The position numbers and the translations under genes were made by a program. This document shows positions 62,056-64,000 of a stretch of DNA of 64,000 bases, piece after piece (position 1 is the stretch's first letter; the number at the start of each line of letters is the position of its first letter). The DNA comes from an uncultured Gemmatimonadales bacterium (lineage in GTDB: Bacteria; Gemmatimonadota; Gemmatimonadetes; Palauibacterales; Palauibacteraceae), in the NCBI GenBank assembly GCA_963783385.1, contig CAWANJ010000009.1, positions 128,001 through 192,000 of the forward strand, in the 5' to 3' direction. The notes under the pieces are model-generated. The model made no database searches, was not told the origin of the DNA, and saw only the letters and a program-made list of their open reading frames with translations.

Positions 62056-64000
62056 CTACAGGTTGAGGAAGTAGCTCGCCTTGACGATGAAGGTGTTGCT
62101 GGGCGGCGCGTTGAGGAGGCCGCTGAAGTCCCGCGAGAAGCTGAAGTTGCCGAAGGTCTCGTCGGCGCGGCGGCTCTGCTGCCATACGAAGTACAGGATG
62201 GACCCGGGCCGGAACTCCCACCGGAGGACGGCGTTCCCGCGCAGGGACCGGACGTTGAAGTCCTGTCGGTCGAAGGAGAAGTCGGGGGCGCCGTCGCCGT
62301 TGTAGTCCAGGTAAACCAGGCCGTCGGCGACGCACATGGCGCCGCCGGTACAGGCCACGCCGGCCGAGGTGGAGCGGGCGATGCCCCGGCTGAAGCGCAG
62401 GAAGTCGAACGACTCGGGCCGGGCGAGCTGCTTGTAGCTGGCAAAGCGCCCCGAGGCCAGGAGGGGCTGGGCGAACAGCTGCAGGCTCAGGGTGGGGGAG
62501 AGGGCCACGTTGAGCCGGGTCCGCATCGAGAGCTGGTGCTGCGTGAGGTCGCCGAAGAAGTAACGCTCGCCGTAGGTGGGCGCGAAAGAGGCCGATTCGT
62601 CCGTGCTCACGTACTGGCTGGCGCTCGTCTCCACCTGCCAGGAGGGCTCCACCTGGATCTCGACGTTGGAGCTGGGCCGGATCGAGATCTGGACGCTCGT
62701 CTGGAAGGAGTGCCCGTCTCCCAGGGCGCGCTGCCCGTACTCGATGCGAGGCTCCAGGCTCACCATCCGGCGCGAGTCCGTCCGGATCCCCAGGTCGGCG
62801 TGATAGCCCGAGGGCTTCACCATCAGCGGTCCCCCCCGGGTCTCCGTGTCGCTCAGGGTCTGGGGTCCGTAGTCGAGCCCGAAGTCCACCGACCAGTTGT
62901 TGTTGAAGTCGAAGTTCCCGTTCAGCGACACGTTGCCGTCCTTGTAGGCGCGGCGGACGTGGTCCATCGATAGCGGCCCGTGGAAGACGGACTGCCGGAA
63001 GTCGTGGAACGTGAACAGGCTCATCCGCCAGCTCCGGAACAGCGGACCGGGGTCGATGTCCTGGTATTCCACCCGTCCGCCGATGTCCCAGTGCTCACCG
63101 TCGTGGTTGAAGCCGAGGTCGTTGGCGGCGAAGCCGGGCGTGACGTCGCCCAGCCAGGTGGACCACGTCCAGTGGTCCGCGTTCTGGCGCTCCAGGTAGA
63201 CCCTCCAGCTGGCGCCCGTCATGCTGGTGGCGGACGAGTCCACCGACAGGTAGGACGCGTCGGGCCGCTGGAAGTAGTGCTGGGAGTTCTCCTGCACGTC
63301 GACGAGGGCCTGTGGTCTTCCACGGATGAGCGTGCTGGCCAGGTAGCCGTGCACCGACCAGTCCCGGTTTCTGGAGCCGCCCCAGTCGTGCTGGAAGTCC
63401 AGGCCGCCGGAGAAGGCGCTCGACGTGAGCCAGTCCAGGGTGCCGTCGGCCGGCAGGTTCCGGTGCATGGCCGTCAGGATGCCCCCGACGTGGCTGGCGC
63501 CGTCGCGGAAGTCCTGCTGGAGGCGGGCCACCCCGTATTCGGCCCGCGGCTGCGCCACGAACTGCGACCTCCGTCCGGAGCTCGCGAAGTAGGCGGTGCC
63601 CATCTCCTTTTGCGTGGCGGCCCCCAGGACCCCCATGGACAGGCCGCTCGACGTGCGCCCCGTGAGCTTGGCGGCGCCGAGAATGGTCGTTTGGGACGGT
63701 GCGTCCGTGTAGTCTGCGCTGTCCGGTCCCGATCCCCGCGGCTCCCGCCCGATGCGCCGGCTGAAGAACAGCGAGTTCCGGCGGCCCGACAGCTGGAAGT
63801 CGAACACGCGAGCGTCCTGCACGAAGAAGGGGCGCTTCTCGGGGAAGTAGGTCTCGAACGCGCTCAGGTTGATGACGGCGGGGTCCACCTCCACCTGGCC
63901 GAAATCCGGATTCACCGCCGCGTCGAGGCTGAAGGCCGAGCCGAGCCCGTAGCTGGCGTTGAGGCCGGCGCGGGGCGTGAGCGTCGAGCCGTCGAACAGG
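62056..64000 (-). CDS. DUF5916-type outer-membrane protein, 5' end outside the window
   Basis: NPDFGQVEVDPAVINLSAFETYFPEKRPFF, FFSRRIG, LRWEFRPGS..YFVW, C-terminal KASY. Confidence 0.85.
   Translation of the reverse strand, partial: LFDGSTLTPRAGLNASYGLGSAFSLDAAVNPDFGQVEVDPAVINLSAFETYFPEKRPFFVQDARVFDFQLSGRRNSLFFSRRIGREPRGSGPDSADYTDAPSQTTILGAAKLTGRTSSGLSMGVLGAATQKEMGTAYFASSGRRSQFVAQPRAEYGVARLQQDFRDGASHVGGILTAMHRNLPADGTLDWLTSSAFSGGLDFQHDWGGSRNRDWSVHGYLASTLIRGRPQALVDVQENSQHYFQRPDASYLSVDSSATSMTGASWRVYLERQNADHWTWSTWLGDVTPGFAANDLGFNHDGEHWDIGGRVEYQDIDPGPLFRSWRMSLFTFHDFRQSVFHGPLSMDHVRRAYKDGNVSLNGNFDFNNNWSVDFGLDYGPQTLSDTETRGGPLMVKPSGYHADLGIRTDSRRMVSLEPRIEYGQRALGDGHSFQTSVQISIRPSSNVEIQVEPSWQVETSASQYVSTDESASFAPTYGERYFFGDLTQHQLSMRTRLNVALSPTLSLQLFAQPLLASGRFASYKQLARPESFDFLRFSRGIARSTSAGVACTGGAMCVADGLVYLDYNGDGAPDFSFDRQDFNVRSLRGNAVLRWEFRPGSILYFVWQQSRRADETFGNFSFSRDFSGLLNAPPSNTFIVKASYFLNL

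Overview
High-GC bacterial DNA, most likely Gemmatimonadota (inferred from SusC/SusD pairs in a high-GC background, Ig-like Big_2 lipoproteins and a DUF5916-type protein; not verified). From left to right: (1) 1-13.8 kb, an APC amino-acid/polyamine permease, then a SusC/SusD pair co-oriented with an M1 peptidase, a Tat-exported spermidine-dehydrogenase-like flavoprotein and a serine esterase, facing a CocE/NonD hydrolase. This looks like a non-carbohydrate utilisation locus. (2) 14-19.5 kb, an Ig-like HExxH lipoprotein, two hypothetical genes with an unannotated 20-aa ORF and terminator between them, and an M20 deacylase. (3) 19.5-42.7 kb, a Wzx/Wzy-type exopolysaccharide cluster: wzc, wza, priming transferase, wzy-like, wzx, about 6 glycosyltransferases, an SDR and a convergent clan GH-A lipoprotein. 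It is compositionally distinct up to about 37.8 kb and is followed by rmlC-SDR-rmlA-rmlD-SAF oxidoreductase with no canonical rmlB. Many of these genes are frameshifted, probably by long-read errors. (4) 42.7-64 kb, core-like genes: GntR, tandem ZIP transporters, a methyltransferase, TPP riboswitch-thiC, iorAB-like genes, NUDIX, patatin, TonB, proline dehydrogenase, RlmI-like methyltransferase, a SIMPL remnant, a class V aminotransferase, a PA0069-type radical SAM protein and DUF5916. I saw no tRNA, rRNA, CRISPR array, integrase or transposase. All calls come from motif recognition by eye; no database search was run.
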